Positions 49,260-58,177 of a stretch of DNA of 64,000 nucleotides are shown here, piece by piece. This stretch comes from Salinispira sp. Lineage in GTDB: Bacteria; Spirochaetota; Spirochaetia; DSM-27196; Salinispiraceae. The DNA is taken from the NCBI GenBank assembly GCA_965602015.1, contig OZ271918.1, positions 672,001 through 736,000 of the forward strand, in the 5' to 3' direction. Made by a program: the position numbers and the translations under genes. The stretch's first letter is position 1; each line of letters opens with the position of its first letter. The notes beneath the pieces are model-generated. The model saw only the letters and a list, made by a program, of their open reading frames with translations. It had not been told where the DNA came from and did not search any database.

Positions 49260-51209
49260 ATGCAGAGCAAGGCCGCAGAGAAACCCAATTCGCGAATCGC
49301 CAGAATCGCGAAGGTTCTATCATCGCCGTCAACGCCGCTGTATGAGCGGGGAAAAATTTTGATTCTCCACATTCTCGGCCTTCTTGCGGGGGCTTTTTTT
49401 GCGCCCATGGGCATCTCGGTCGTCCTCGCCGGCAGCATGGTTGACGGCGCAGTGCTATTCGGGATCAGTTTATTCCAATGGCTTTCGGTGGCATTTTTAT
49501 ATTTTTCAGCCAGCGTTTCCGACGGAGCGCGGCGGGCAAGTCTTCTTTCGGCAATCAGCATCACCATCGGCCTCATTTATGCGGTGGTGTTTGGCGGATA
49601 CCGGGGCTACGGAATGCTGTATGTGTTTCTCAGCCCGATTATTTTCTTTTATCTGCTTGGTTTCCGTTTCGGGGCGGTATTCACCCTCGCATTGAGCATG
49701 CTGATAGCGAGCTCGATGATATTTCCTCAGTTTCCCGTCCGATCTGTGCTGGAGCTGCCCTACCTTGTACGCATTCTTATCCTCTACATATTGCTCAGCG
49801 CGATTACTGCGGCCATAATTTATGTCTTCAGGCAAAGTCAGGGAAGGCTAGCCCGTTTTGCGTTTTATGATGATATGACTGGACTGCCGAACCGTTACCG
49901 CATACGAGACGCAATCAATCGGCTGCTGACTGAGGGTAAGGCCGGGCGGGGAGCATTTGTAGTCTTTTTTATTTCCCTCAATAAGTTCCGCCATATAAAT
50001 GATAACTACGGATACCAGGTGGGCGATGAGGTAATAAAGCTGTTTTCCCGTCGAATAAGCGCTTTGGTGCCGGAGGACTTTCTCTGCGGCCGATTCGGCG
50101 GGACCAACTTTTTAGTTGCCCTCCCTGCATCCCGGGTACCGGATCCCCTGGCCTTTTGTGAGCAGGTTCACGCCCTCGTCGCAAAGCCCTTCGAGCTTGA
50201 GGAGCTGAGCATCCCCCTGCTGACCAATATCAGTTATCTCGAGTACCCGAAGGTACGCCAGTCCATCTGGGAAGATGACGGACTGCAGGCCCCAGACTGG
50301 ATAGACGCCGACTGGATTTTTAAAAACCTCGAGGTAGCCCTCGATTCCCTGGACCGGAAAAGCGGAGGGCATACGGTCCGCTACGATTCGGAGGGCCACC
50401 GGGCGGTGAGAAAGCGCTACCTCATGGCTGAAGCCCTGCGCCTGGCGCTGGATAGGGGAGAAATCAGCCTGCATTATCAGCCCATCGTGGCTGCACAAGA
50501 TAGATCGGTGCGCAAACTCGAGGTCCTGGCGCGGTGGAAATCCGCCAGCTTCGGGTCGATTTCTCCTGCCATTTTTATACCGATGGCGGAAGATCAGGGT
50601 CTAATTCGGGAAATATCAGAGTATTTGTTTGCCACAGCCTTCTCCCATATACCCCGGCTTGATGAAGCCAACAAGCAGGCGCCCCTTACAATGAGCCTGT
50701 CGCTGAATCTCAGTCCGGTGAGTCTGTACAGCCGGAATTTCAGCGCCTTGTTTAATGCATTAATGAAATCCCACGGTATTCCCACATCCCGCATTGAGCT
50801 TGAGATAACCGAGTCCCTCCTTCTCAAACAGGATCCCATGGTCATGGAAAACTTGAATGAGCTCATAAAAATGGGCGTCGCCCTGGCATTGGATGATTTT
50901 GGTACGGGATACAGCAGCCTCAGCTACCTCCAGCGTTTTTCCGTCAGCACGCTCAAAATCGACCGGAGTTTTATTGCGACGGTCAAACACCGGGAATCTT
51001 CCCGGGAAATCGTGCGTGCAGTGCTTGCAATGGCCCGAAGCCTGGGCATCAGCACCGTGGCCGAAGGCGTGGAAAATGCTGATCAGTGCGATTTCCTCAA
51101 GCAGGAGGGCTGCAATTACCTGCAGGGCTACTATTTTGCCAAGCCAATGGAGTTGAACCGACTTCTTCCCTGGCTTGAAAGCTGGAACTCCGGTCAGAAC
51201 AACGGCTAA
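49260..51209 (+). CDS. Membrane GGDEF-EAL protein; degenerate cyclase site, likely c-di-GMP phosphodiesterase
   Basis: 5-6 TM; GGTNF in place of GGDEF; EVL, LEITES, DDFGTGYSS, KID, EGVE, QGY intact. Confidence 0.88.
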   Translation: MQSKAAEKPNSRIARIAKVLSSPSTPLYERGKILILHILGLLAGAFFAPMGISVVLAGSMVDGAVLFGISLFQWLSVAFLYFSASVSDGARRASLLSAISITIGLIYAVVFGGYRGYGMLYVFLSPIIFFYLLGFRFGAVFTLALSMLIASSMIFPQFPVRSVLELPYLVRILILYILLSAITAAIIYVFRQSQGRLARFAFYDDMTGLPNRYRIRDAINRLLTEGKAGRGAFVVFFISLNKFRHINDNYGYQVGDEVIKLFSRRISALVPEDFLCGRFGGTNFLVALPASRVPDPLAFCEQVHALVAKPFELEELSIPLLTNISYLEYPKVRQSIWEDDGLQAPDWIDADWIFKNLEVALDSLDRKSGGHTVRYDSEGHRAVRKRYLMAEALRLALDRGEISLHYQPIVAAQDRSVRKLEVLARWKSASFGSISPAIFIPMAEDQGLIREISEYLFATAFSHIPRLDEANKQAPLTMSLSLNLSPVSLYSRNFSALFNALMKSHGIPTSRIELEITESLLLKQDPMVMENLNELIKMGVALALDDFGTGYSSLSYLQRFSVSTLKIDRSFIATVKHRESSREIVRAVLAMARSLGISTVAEGVENADQCDFLKQEGCNYLQGYYFAKPMELNRLLPWLESWNSGQNNG

Positions 51210-51239
51210 GACCAATGAACAATACCTTGCATTGCGCAT

Positions 51240-51280
51240 AAAAAAACCCGCCGGAGAAACTCACGGCGGGCTACTTTTTT
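51240..51280. terminator. Bidirectional terminator
   Basis: A7-CCCGCCG ... CGGCGGG-ctac-T6 between convergent genes. Confidence 0.75.
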
Positions 51281-51315
51281 ACATAAACGTCTTTTTATTC
51301 GTTTTGACCGCTGTG

Positions 51316-52752
51316 TTAACCGTCGAGTTCCTGATTAGGAAAGAACTCTCCGTCCACCGCCACCCCGCTGGAGTGTATTTCTACCTCAATGGTCCGACTG
51401 CCGATTGAGTAGGTTCCTATGAGGACGCCCTGCTCATAGGTGCCGGTGAATCGCGCGCTGCTTCCCGGAATGGTAAATTGCAGTCCGTCCTCGCGATTGA
51501 GATGATTCAGCGTAATATTCACCGTATCACCTGCGCTGCGGCCGCTTACCCTCCCGATCAGTGTAGTGACAAGCGAGGTAGTTCCGTCAACCGGGTCGCG
51601 GGTGAGTTCGACGGTATATTCATCCCCGCTGCCATTGCGGAGGGATTCCAGAGTGCCGCTAAAATTACCGCTGCCTACGGCGGTTTCCACAATGTTTACC
51701 CGTGTTTCGTTGCGGGGCTGGGTGTCCGAATCGATTGAACTGAGTCCGCTGCGATATGATTTTTCCGAGCTGATATATTCCCGAAGACCGCTCAGGGCAT
51801 CTACGCTGCTGTCCCGCTCTATCAGGAACGCGCTGGTCCACCACAGTCCTGCCTGCTCGCCGAGGGAACGGTAGATGTATTGCCCGGTTGAGAGGTTTTC
51901 GCTGAACCGCGTTACATAGCTGGTGTTCGCGAACCAACTGGACTCGCTTCGGAAGTTTATGCTGCTTGCCTCTATTTCATCAGAAGCATTCGTGTGTTCG
52001 GTGTAAAACTCCTCGGATTCGATGGTGATAAATCCGGGTATGCTGGTGCTGCTGTGAGCCGAATAGGTTGCTCCGGCATCAGAAGCAGGCTGCAGATCGG
52101 CGGCGTCACCGGTATACAGCTCTTTGAAGGACAAAACATCTGCCTCTACGGCAATGTGCTCATACTGAACCGGCGAAGGAGAATAGGTGGTGGCCAGAAT
52201 GGTCTGTGTACCCAGGCTGCCGTCGGTGAACGCCACACGTATGTCCTCATATCCCCATTCGGAGAATGCGGCGTCTGCGTAGTTTGACCAGCCCGTGTCG
52301 CCGCTTTGAACGTAGTAGGTTTCCTGCTGATATGCCACGTCAAAGTTCGCCAGGGGGAATACCCGGAGGACGATCTTGAACCCGCCGGTTACCGGCTCCA
52401 TGGTAAACCGCGCCCGGTTGCTGCTGTTTTCGTAAAAATTGGCAAGCGGGGTGTCTTCTCCGATGGATATGCTGTTGTTCCCTGTTCCGCCGTTGGCGGC
52501 ATAGGTATCCGCAGGAGTGTCGCCACTGGCCACAGCTCCGCCGCTTCCCGGCCCGGGATTCACCGTGCGGCTGAGTACGTCCTCGCTATTGGATCCCAGG
52601 TAAAAACCCGCAGATATGCCGCTGAGAAGGAACTGGGCTCCTGCAGCATCGGACGCAACTTCCACCGGATTTGTGAAACCGGACTGGCCGCAGGAAGCCA
52701 TGAGAATTATTCCCGCAAGTAAAATTATGGATAGTATTTTGATATTTTTCAT
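51316..52752 (-). CDS. Hypothetical Ser/Thr/Gly-rich lipoprotein
   Basis: MKNIKILSIILLAGIILMASC lipobox; GAGG SD before ATG 52752; no family recognised. Confidence 0.75.
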   Translation of the reverse strand: MKNIKILSIILLAGIILMASCGQSGFTNPVEVASDAAGAQFLLSGISAGFYLGSNSEDVLSRTVNPGPGSGGAVASGDTPADTYAANGGTGNNSISIGEDTPLANFYENSSNRARFTMEPVTGGFKIVLRVFPLANFDVAYQQETYYVQSGDTGWSNYADAAFSEWGYEDIRVAFTDGSLGTQTILATTYSPSPVQYEHIAVEADVLSFKELYTGDAADLQPASDAGATYSAHSSTSIPGFITIESEEFYTEHTNASDEIEASSINFRSESSWFANTSYVTRFSENLSTGQYIYRSLGEQAGLWWTSAFLIERDSSVDALSGLREYISSEKSYRSGLSSIDSDTQPRNETRVNIVETAVGSGNFSGTLESLRNGSGDEYTVELTRDPVDGTTSLVTTLIGRVSGRSAGDTVNITLNHLNREDGLQFTIPGSSARFTGTYEQGVLIGTYSIGSRTIEVEIHSSGVAVDGEFFPNQELDG

Positions 52753-52950
52753 TGTGCACCTCACGAAACCGGACAACTCCTACTTTAGAGAGTTCTTCGA
52801 TTCTATACTGTGATAATAGTATGAATTTCGAAGGATTTCATGTAAAAACCATTGGTAAACCCGGAGAAATCGCCGGTTTTGCGTGTGAAATATTGACTTT
52901 TATGCATAATGCATGACTCATGCAGAGGCCATAGCCGGCGGATATCCCGG

Positions 52951-54336
52951 CTATCGGGTCAATAAAAGCCGATCCATGGTCTTTGCGCTGGATGCCAGGT
53001 AACGGTACGCCGCGGCTGCGGCAATCATTACAGAAAGCAAAAAGCTCAGCCCAGCCGGAACAGGAAGAGGCAAGAGTCCGAAGTAAAACAATGCTTCTAA
53101 GCCCAGAGTCAGCACCAGGTTGAGGGTGAAAAACAGGACTGCCGAGACCAGGGCGAGGCGGTATAATTCGAAGTAGTATAAATAGTTAATGACAGTCATA
53201 AACCCCAGAAGAAAAAACACTCCCGCCGAGCTGATTTGAAACAGAGTCGGTGAGATTGCCTCTCCGCTAAAAATGCTCGAGGCCAGCAGAATGGCCACCA
53301 GGACTATTCCTCCTTGAAACAGCTGCTGGTTTGCCAGCTCCCGGTTCATGCTGCGTATCATGGCGAATTTGCTTTGCTGAATTTGCGCATAGCTTCCCCT
53401 GGTAAGGGTGATGAGGAACTTTCGCAGGTAGGTGTAAAACCCCGTCTCGCCGAAGATAACGAAGTAAACCAGGCCGGGTACCATTATGAGATTAGCATAG
53501 TACACCACCTGATCGTAGGCGGGGTAAATTGTGAGCATGCTGCCTTCGATCCGGCTTCCCCGGGTAAACCAATAGATTATTTTGTCGGCCCAGATTGCCG
53601 CGTTGGCAAGGGTTCCCGCCGCGATGAGGTCCCGGTATCGCCAAAGGTAATCCGCAATGTCGCTCCAGCCTTGGCCGGATGGGGAAGGCTTGTAGGCCCG
53701 AAGCCCGATGATCAGCAGCATCGCCGCAATCAGGAAATGCCCGACGGCAAAACCCATCATCGCCCCGCCGAGGCCGGCGCTTTGACCCCACAGCCAGATG
53801 AGCAGCACGGCGATCGCCATGCCGAAGGCCATTAACCACAGAATGCGCCCGTACCAACGCAGGAGGCTGGTGTACAGCAAAATGAGCCATATTAGATTAA
53901 TACTGAGATAAAACAGTACCGAGGCCAAGCGGAACAGCCCGGGACGGGAAATGCCCTCATAGGGCGCCGTCAAAATCGTGGGAAGCGAAAGGACAAGGGA
54001 TGCCGCGGCGGTGAAAAGAATAAACCACAACAGAAGTCTCGATGCCTCATTCTCCCGTTCCTCCCAGATCAGGTCGGCGATCAGTCTGGTGAACAGCAGG
54101 TGGACCGGGCTGAATAAGACCAGCGAGCTCGAATAACTGTAGATGAGCTGACCGACGAACAGTCCGCTGTTTTCCGCCATTACCAGGGAGAGGTAACGAT
54201 TTATGAGGCTCAGGGTAATTATTGAAAGTATCCAGGGGCCGGCGACAATCATTATGCCGCTGAGCGCCGCCTGAAATGTTGAGCCAAGCTCGCCGCGGGA
54301 AATGACCTTGCGAAGGGTGAAGCCGATTCCCGCCAT
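52951..54336 (-). CDS. pelG: Pel exopolysaccharide transporter
   Basis: Diagnostic MAGIGFTLRK N-terminus, AGPW, WADKIIYW, YD, ETGFY; about 12 TM. Confidence 0.9.
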   Translation of the reverse strand: MAGIGFTLRKVISRGELGSTFQAALSGIMIVAGPWILSIITLSLINRYLSLVMAENSGLFVGQLIYSYSSSLVLFSPVHLLFTRLIADLIWEERENEASRLLLWFILFTAAASLVLSLPTILTAPYEGISRPGLFRLASVLFYLSINLIWLILLYTSLLRWYGRILWLMAFGMAIAVLLIWLWGQSAGLGGAMMGFAVGHFLIAAMLLIIGLRAYKPSPSGQGWSDIADYLWRYRDLIAAGTLANAAIWADKIIYWFTRGSRIEGSMLTIYPAYDQVVYYANLIMVPGLVYFVIFGETGFYTYLRKFLITLTRGSYAQIQQSKFAMIRSMNRELANQQLFQGGIVLVAILLASSIFSGEAISPTLFQISSAGVFFLLGFMTVINYLYYFELYRLALVSAVLFFTLNLVLTLGLEALFYFGLLPLPVPAGLSFLLSVMIAAAAAYRYLASSAKTMDRLLLTR

Positions 54337-55832
54337 TACGCCTCTCCTCCAGGGGCCATCTCGTCATGCGCAACCATGTCGCTTGTCGCCTCATCGACTG
54401 CAGCCCCGGCAGGCGCCTCTTCGGTCTTTAACTCGGAAGGTATCAGTTCCCGATAGAGCTCCCGGTATCTCTTGTGCAAATCGTACTTGTCATAGAGCTC
54501 ACGGACCTTCTGTTTGTTTTTCTCCATAATTACGGCCATTTCCTCTGGATGTTCGTAGATGTATTTCACGCCGCGGGCGAGTTTGGCCGAATCCTTCGAA
54601 GGCGCGATGAAGCGATCGTCATAATCCAGCATCTCGGCGACATTCCCAACCCTGGTGGACACAACAGGCACTCCCGCGGACCAGGCTTCCAGGATTACCA
54701 GCGGTTGGGCTTCCCGGATGCTTGTCAGCAGCATGACATCGAGAAAATTGTAGTATTCCAAGACGTTCTGCCGACCGGTAAAGTGAAACCGGTCCTCTAT
54801 CTGCAGGCTTTTTACCAGCTTGACGCATTCTTCGTAATAGGCAGGGTCTTCATCGGTCGGACCGATTGCGAAGACCTGGGAGCCGGGGATTTCATCCAGA
54901 ACGATCTTGGCAACGGCTATGTAGGTCTTGATGTCCTTTATCGGTACTATCCTGCCTACCAGGCCGACCATAAATCCGTCTTTTTTGACCCGTTCGACAG
55001 AGGAAAAACGCTCGATATCGATGCCGTTGGGAATAACGACGGTATTGGCCGGACTGGCGCCGAGTTCGATCTGCTTTTGACGATTTTCCTCGAAGAGGGC
55101 GGTGACCATGGTTGCTGATTTGTAGCAGATGGTGCTCAGCTTATTATAGATTTTTATCCACATGTCCCGTTGGTAGCCCCTGACAAAATCCGCCTTGCGA
55201 ATCTCGATTTCCCGCTCCTTGTGATACAGGCCGTGCTCGGTCAGCAGGAAGGGTTTTTTATGACGCCTTTGAGCCGCCAGGGCGACCAGGCCGGCAAATC
55301 CCGTGGAAACCGCGTGATACAGGTCAGCCTCGGGAGCCGGCGCTGCAAGCACATTAAACAGCATCTCATGGGAAGCCTTCCAGGCCCAGAAATAATCGGA
55401 GAAGGGATACAGGGGATTGCGCTCCTGGTTCGAGTCGACGATGAGCTCCCAGGATTTATCTTCCTCCACCGCCGTCCGGCTTAAGGAGGCCCCCTCGGGT
55501 ATCAGGTCAATCATGGCATCCAGGCTCGGCGCCCCTCCGGAAAACATTTCCCGGTGGTTTCCTCGTATTTCCGTCAGGAGCCGGTCCGTGTCCAGGGATG
55601 CTCGGTCGCTTCCCACCGCCTGGGTGAGGATGATATCCCGGTTTTCCACCACGTTCTTTGGCAAATCGTAGCGCAGGGGCTGATCGGGTTCGGGGCTTAT
55701 GGTGAAGAGCACAAAGTCTATTTCCGGAAGGTTGATGATGAGGTCATGCACCCAGGCGCTTACGCCCCCGGTTATATACGGATATGAGCCTTCAAGGACA
55801 ATGCAGACCCGCATTCGCCGCTTATCCATCAA
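54336..55832 (-). CDS. pelF: GT4 glycosyltransferase PelF (DUF3492 plus GT4)
   Basis: LEGSYPYITGGVSAW, HAVSTGFAG, LTEHGLY, GRIVPIKDIKT, EAQPLVILEA. Confidence 0.92.
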   Translation of the reverse strand: MMDKRRMRVCIVLEGSYPYITGGVSAWVHDLIINLPEIDFVLFTISPEPDQPLRYDLPKNVVENRDIILTQAVGSDRASLDTDRLLTEIRGNHREMFSGGAPSLDAMIDLIPEGASLSRTAVEEDKSWELIVDSNQERNPLYPFSDYFWAWKASHEMLFNVLAAPAPEADLYHAVSTGFAGLVALAAQRRHKKPFLLTEHGLYHKEREIEIRKADFVRGYQRDMWIKIYNKLSTICYKSATMVTALFEENRQKQIELGASPANTVVIPNGIDIERFSSVERVKKDGFMVGLVGRIVPIKDIKTYIAVAKIVLDEIPGSQVFAIGPTDEDPAYYEECVKLVKSLQIEDRFHFTGRQNVLEYYNFLDVMLLTSIREAQPLVILEAWSAGVPVVSTRVGNVAEMLDYDDRFIAPSKDSAKLARGVKYIYEHPEEMAVIMEKNKQKVRELYDKYDLHKRYRELYRELIPSELKTEEAPAGAAVDEATSDMVAHDEMAPGGEA

Positions 55833-56598
55833 TGACCTCCCCGGTCCAGAATCCGTACAGCTCCGCGTCTTTTTGGCCGAGCAGGGAGGGATCGATGAGG
55901 TCTATCATTTCGGCGATATTCCCGGAATCCCGCCGGGCGAACGCCGCTTCCAGTTTAAGCATCCTCAAAGATGTGAGCAAATCAGGTCTCAGCCGGGCTG
56001 CCCGGTCGAGAACTTCGCGGCACTGGTCGTGCAGATCAAGGGCCAGCAGGATGTGGGTAAGCCTCCGGTAATCCGCAGCATCCGGGGCACCTATTCGCCA
56101 CAGGCGCTTGCAATACTGATACGCTTCACTCAGGTAGAAATTTCTCAAGACTTGTCGCACCCGATTGATTTTCGCCAGCTCGGCGTACTGTTCGATGAGG
56201 CCGCGAAGGATTTTTTTATCCTGCGGCCGGACTTCTAGCCGTTCTTTGAGGCTTTGGATTCTCGTGTTATAGCGGTTTTCGATGGCGTTGATGCTCTCTG
56301 CGGCAAAAAGGGCGACCTCGGGATCCGGATCATTTATCAATTTTCCCAGAATTTCCATGAGAAGCATGATGGTCCCGATATCCAGTCTCCGTCGGGCCAG
56401 AATGCGGTCGATTTCCGCCAGGTCGTACGGTTCCTCGAAAATCGGGCGAACGTTAACCGACTTGGTCACGAAGGCGGCGGGGGGGAGAAGGCCGTTTTCC
56501 ACGGCAATCAGAGCGGTCCGCTGTGTCCGGGGGCGGTACATCTCATTGGAGTTTTTTATATACCGGTATGATTCGTGATGCAGATTATGGAAGATCAT
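55822..56598 (-). CDS. PelE-like HEAT/TPR protein
   Basis: DPDPEVALFAAESINAIE repeat and helical C-terminus; position between pelD-like and pelF. Confidence 0.6.
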   Translation of the reverse strand: MIFHNLHHESYRYIKNSNEMYRPRTQRTALIAVENGLLPPAAFVTKSVNVRPIFEEPYDLAEIDRILARRRLDIGTIMLLMEILGKLINDPDPEVALFAAESINAIENRYNTRIQSLKERLEVRPQDKKILRGLIEQYAELAKINRVRQVLRNFYLSEAYQYCKRLWRIGAPDAADYRRLTHILLALDLHDQCREVLDRAARLRPDLLTSLRMLKLEAAFARRDSGNIAEMIDLIDPSLLGQKDAELYGFWTGEVIDG

Positions 56599-58001
56599 AT
56601 TCTCTGCATCTCCAGAAGATTTTCCGCCTGATTCAGCAGTTCATCGGCGTCTCCGCTTCCCTGTAGATGGGCGTGACCGATGATGAGTTCGAGGGGGGCC
56701 GAATGCCCCTTGATTTCCCAGGGAGTCGAGTTTGCGAAAGATAGGATGTCGAGAGACAGCATGGATGTGCCGTCCAGGTCGGTGTTGGGACACACAAGGG
56801 CGATCTGGGTGTCCCTGCGGTAGTGGAAGTAGTAGCGTTCCCGCTTGTCGCTTTCGTCGATCTGCTTGATGAGCCGGAGGATCAGCCGTTTGACATCGTC
56901 GAGCTCGAAATCCTGAAGGAGCCGGTCGATGTTGGTGATCTCGGCAATAATGACGCTGATATTACTGTCGCTGATGCCGCTCCGCTCAATTTCCCTGGAC
57001 AGCACTGCCCGGAACTGACTGTACAACGGCAGCCCGGTAATTTCGTCGGCTTCCTGTTTCTGAAACATCCGCTCGTATTCGATTGCGTGCTGCAAAAACG
57101 GCTGGACGAGTTTCGCGATGATTTGCAGAACCTTCTCGCTGTACTCGCTGTACTGGGTGAAGGGCAGGGCTTCGATATTGAGCACTCCCCAGGGCCTGTT
57201 CTCTATCATTATCGGGACGGTGATTATGCTGCGGTCTTCATCGAGCTTCTGAAGAAACTCGTTACCCAGAATCATGCGGTATGAGAAAAAGCTTCCGTTC
57301 CGGATTACCCAGCCCTCAATGCTGTCGTTGACCGAAAGAACCGATTGCCCGGGGGCATTTTCATTCCACCCCTTTGTCACCACAAGGCGGAGCTGCTGCA
57401 CCGAAGGATAGTACTCCCAGACCGAGGACTGTTCGGCCCCGATGAACATTTCTACGGTATCCAAAAGCACCGTCAAGGTGTCGCGGACGCTGACATTTGA
57501 GAATTTGCCCATCTGATTGTACAACAGACTCATGGAACTGGTTTGGCCTGAGACCCGGTTTTCCAGTACGCCGTTGCTTTCAAATAGTGCTTCGCTCTTG
57601 CGTTTGAGGGCCCAGTTCGTCTTTGCCAGGCTGCGCATCCGCTCACGAAGGCCGCGGTTGCGGTTTTTTTCTATTTGGACTATTCCCCCGAAAATGAAGC
57701 TGAAGAGAATGGTCAGGGGAAATGAGACTCTGAGCACTTCTACCAGGCTAAAAAGTGAGTCCGCCGCTCCCGGGGCTCCAGACAGCAGAGTATGCGCCAG
57801 AAACAGGACCATTGCGACCAGCACTACGGATATCACCCCCATTTTTATGCTGTAAAATGCGGCAATCAGCGGGGGAATGAGCAGGTAGGGCAGGGCAAAG
57901 GCCTCGGCGAAGATCGCCGAACCCGGTGTGAGGACATCGATGATAAATACAATGGCGCAAAGGGCGGCTATTTCCAGTGTTCGCCGCAGGAGTCTTGGCA
58001 T
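56595..58001 (-). CDS. PelD-like protein (4 TM, coiled coil, GAF, degenerate GGDEF)
   Basis: PYLLIPPLIAAFY TM block, GAF (GWVIRNG, PWGVLNIE), DEITGL-started GGDEF fold without the GGDEF motif; first gene of the pel run. Confidence 0.75.
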   Translation of the reverse strand: MPRLLRRTLEIAALCAIVFIIDVLTPGSAIFAEAFALPYLLIPPLIAAFYSIKMGVISVVLVAMVLFLAHTLLSGAPGAADSLFSLVEVLRVSFPLTILFSFIFGGIVQIEKNRNRGLRERMRSLAKTNWALKRKSEALFESNGVLENRVSGQTSSMSLLYNQMGKFSNVSVRDTLTVLLDTVEMFIGAEQSSVWEYYPSVQQLRLVVTKGWNENAPGQSVLSVNDSIEGWVIRNGSFFSYRMILGNEFLQKLDEDRSIITVPIMIENRPWGVLNIEALPFTQYSEYSEKVLQIIAKLVQPFLQHAIEYERMFQKQEADEITGLPLYSQFRAVLSREIERSGISDSNISVIIAEITNIDRLLQDFELDDVKRLILRLIKQIDESDKRERYYFHYRRDTQIALVCPNTDLDGTSMLSLDILSFANSTPWEIKGHSAPLELIIGHAHLQGSGDADELLNQAENLLEMQRI

Positions 58002-58177
58002 ATGTCTATTGTAGGGATATTATCCGTCGATTAAAAGAGAAAAGGCTCATTGGTCTTCCATGCAGTATTTGTCGGATTGCTCCGGGAAGAATATACTGTT
58101 TGCTGATAGCAGCATGGGACCGCGGTTCCTGTGAAAATAAAAAAACAACCCGGGCACCATCTCATAGGGGTATTTTA

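Noticed and set aside
57977..58177. N-terminal extension of the TPR ORF from 57977
   Set aside because: Overlaps the divergent pelD-like start and promoter region; the signal peptide begins at ATG 58178
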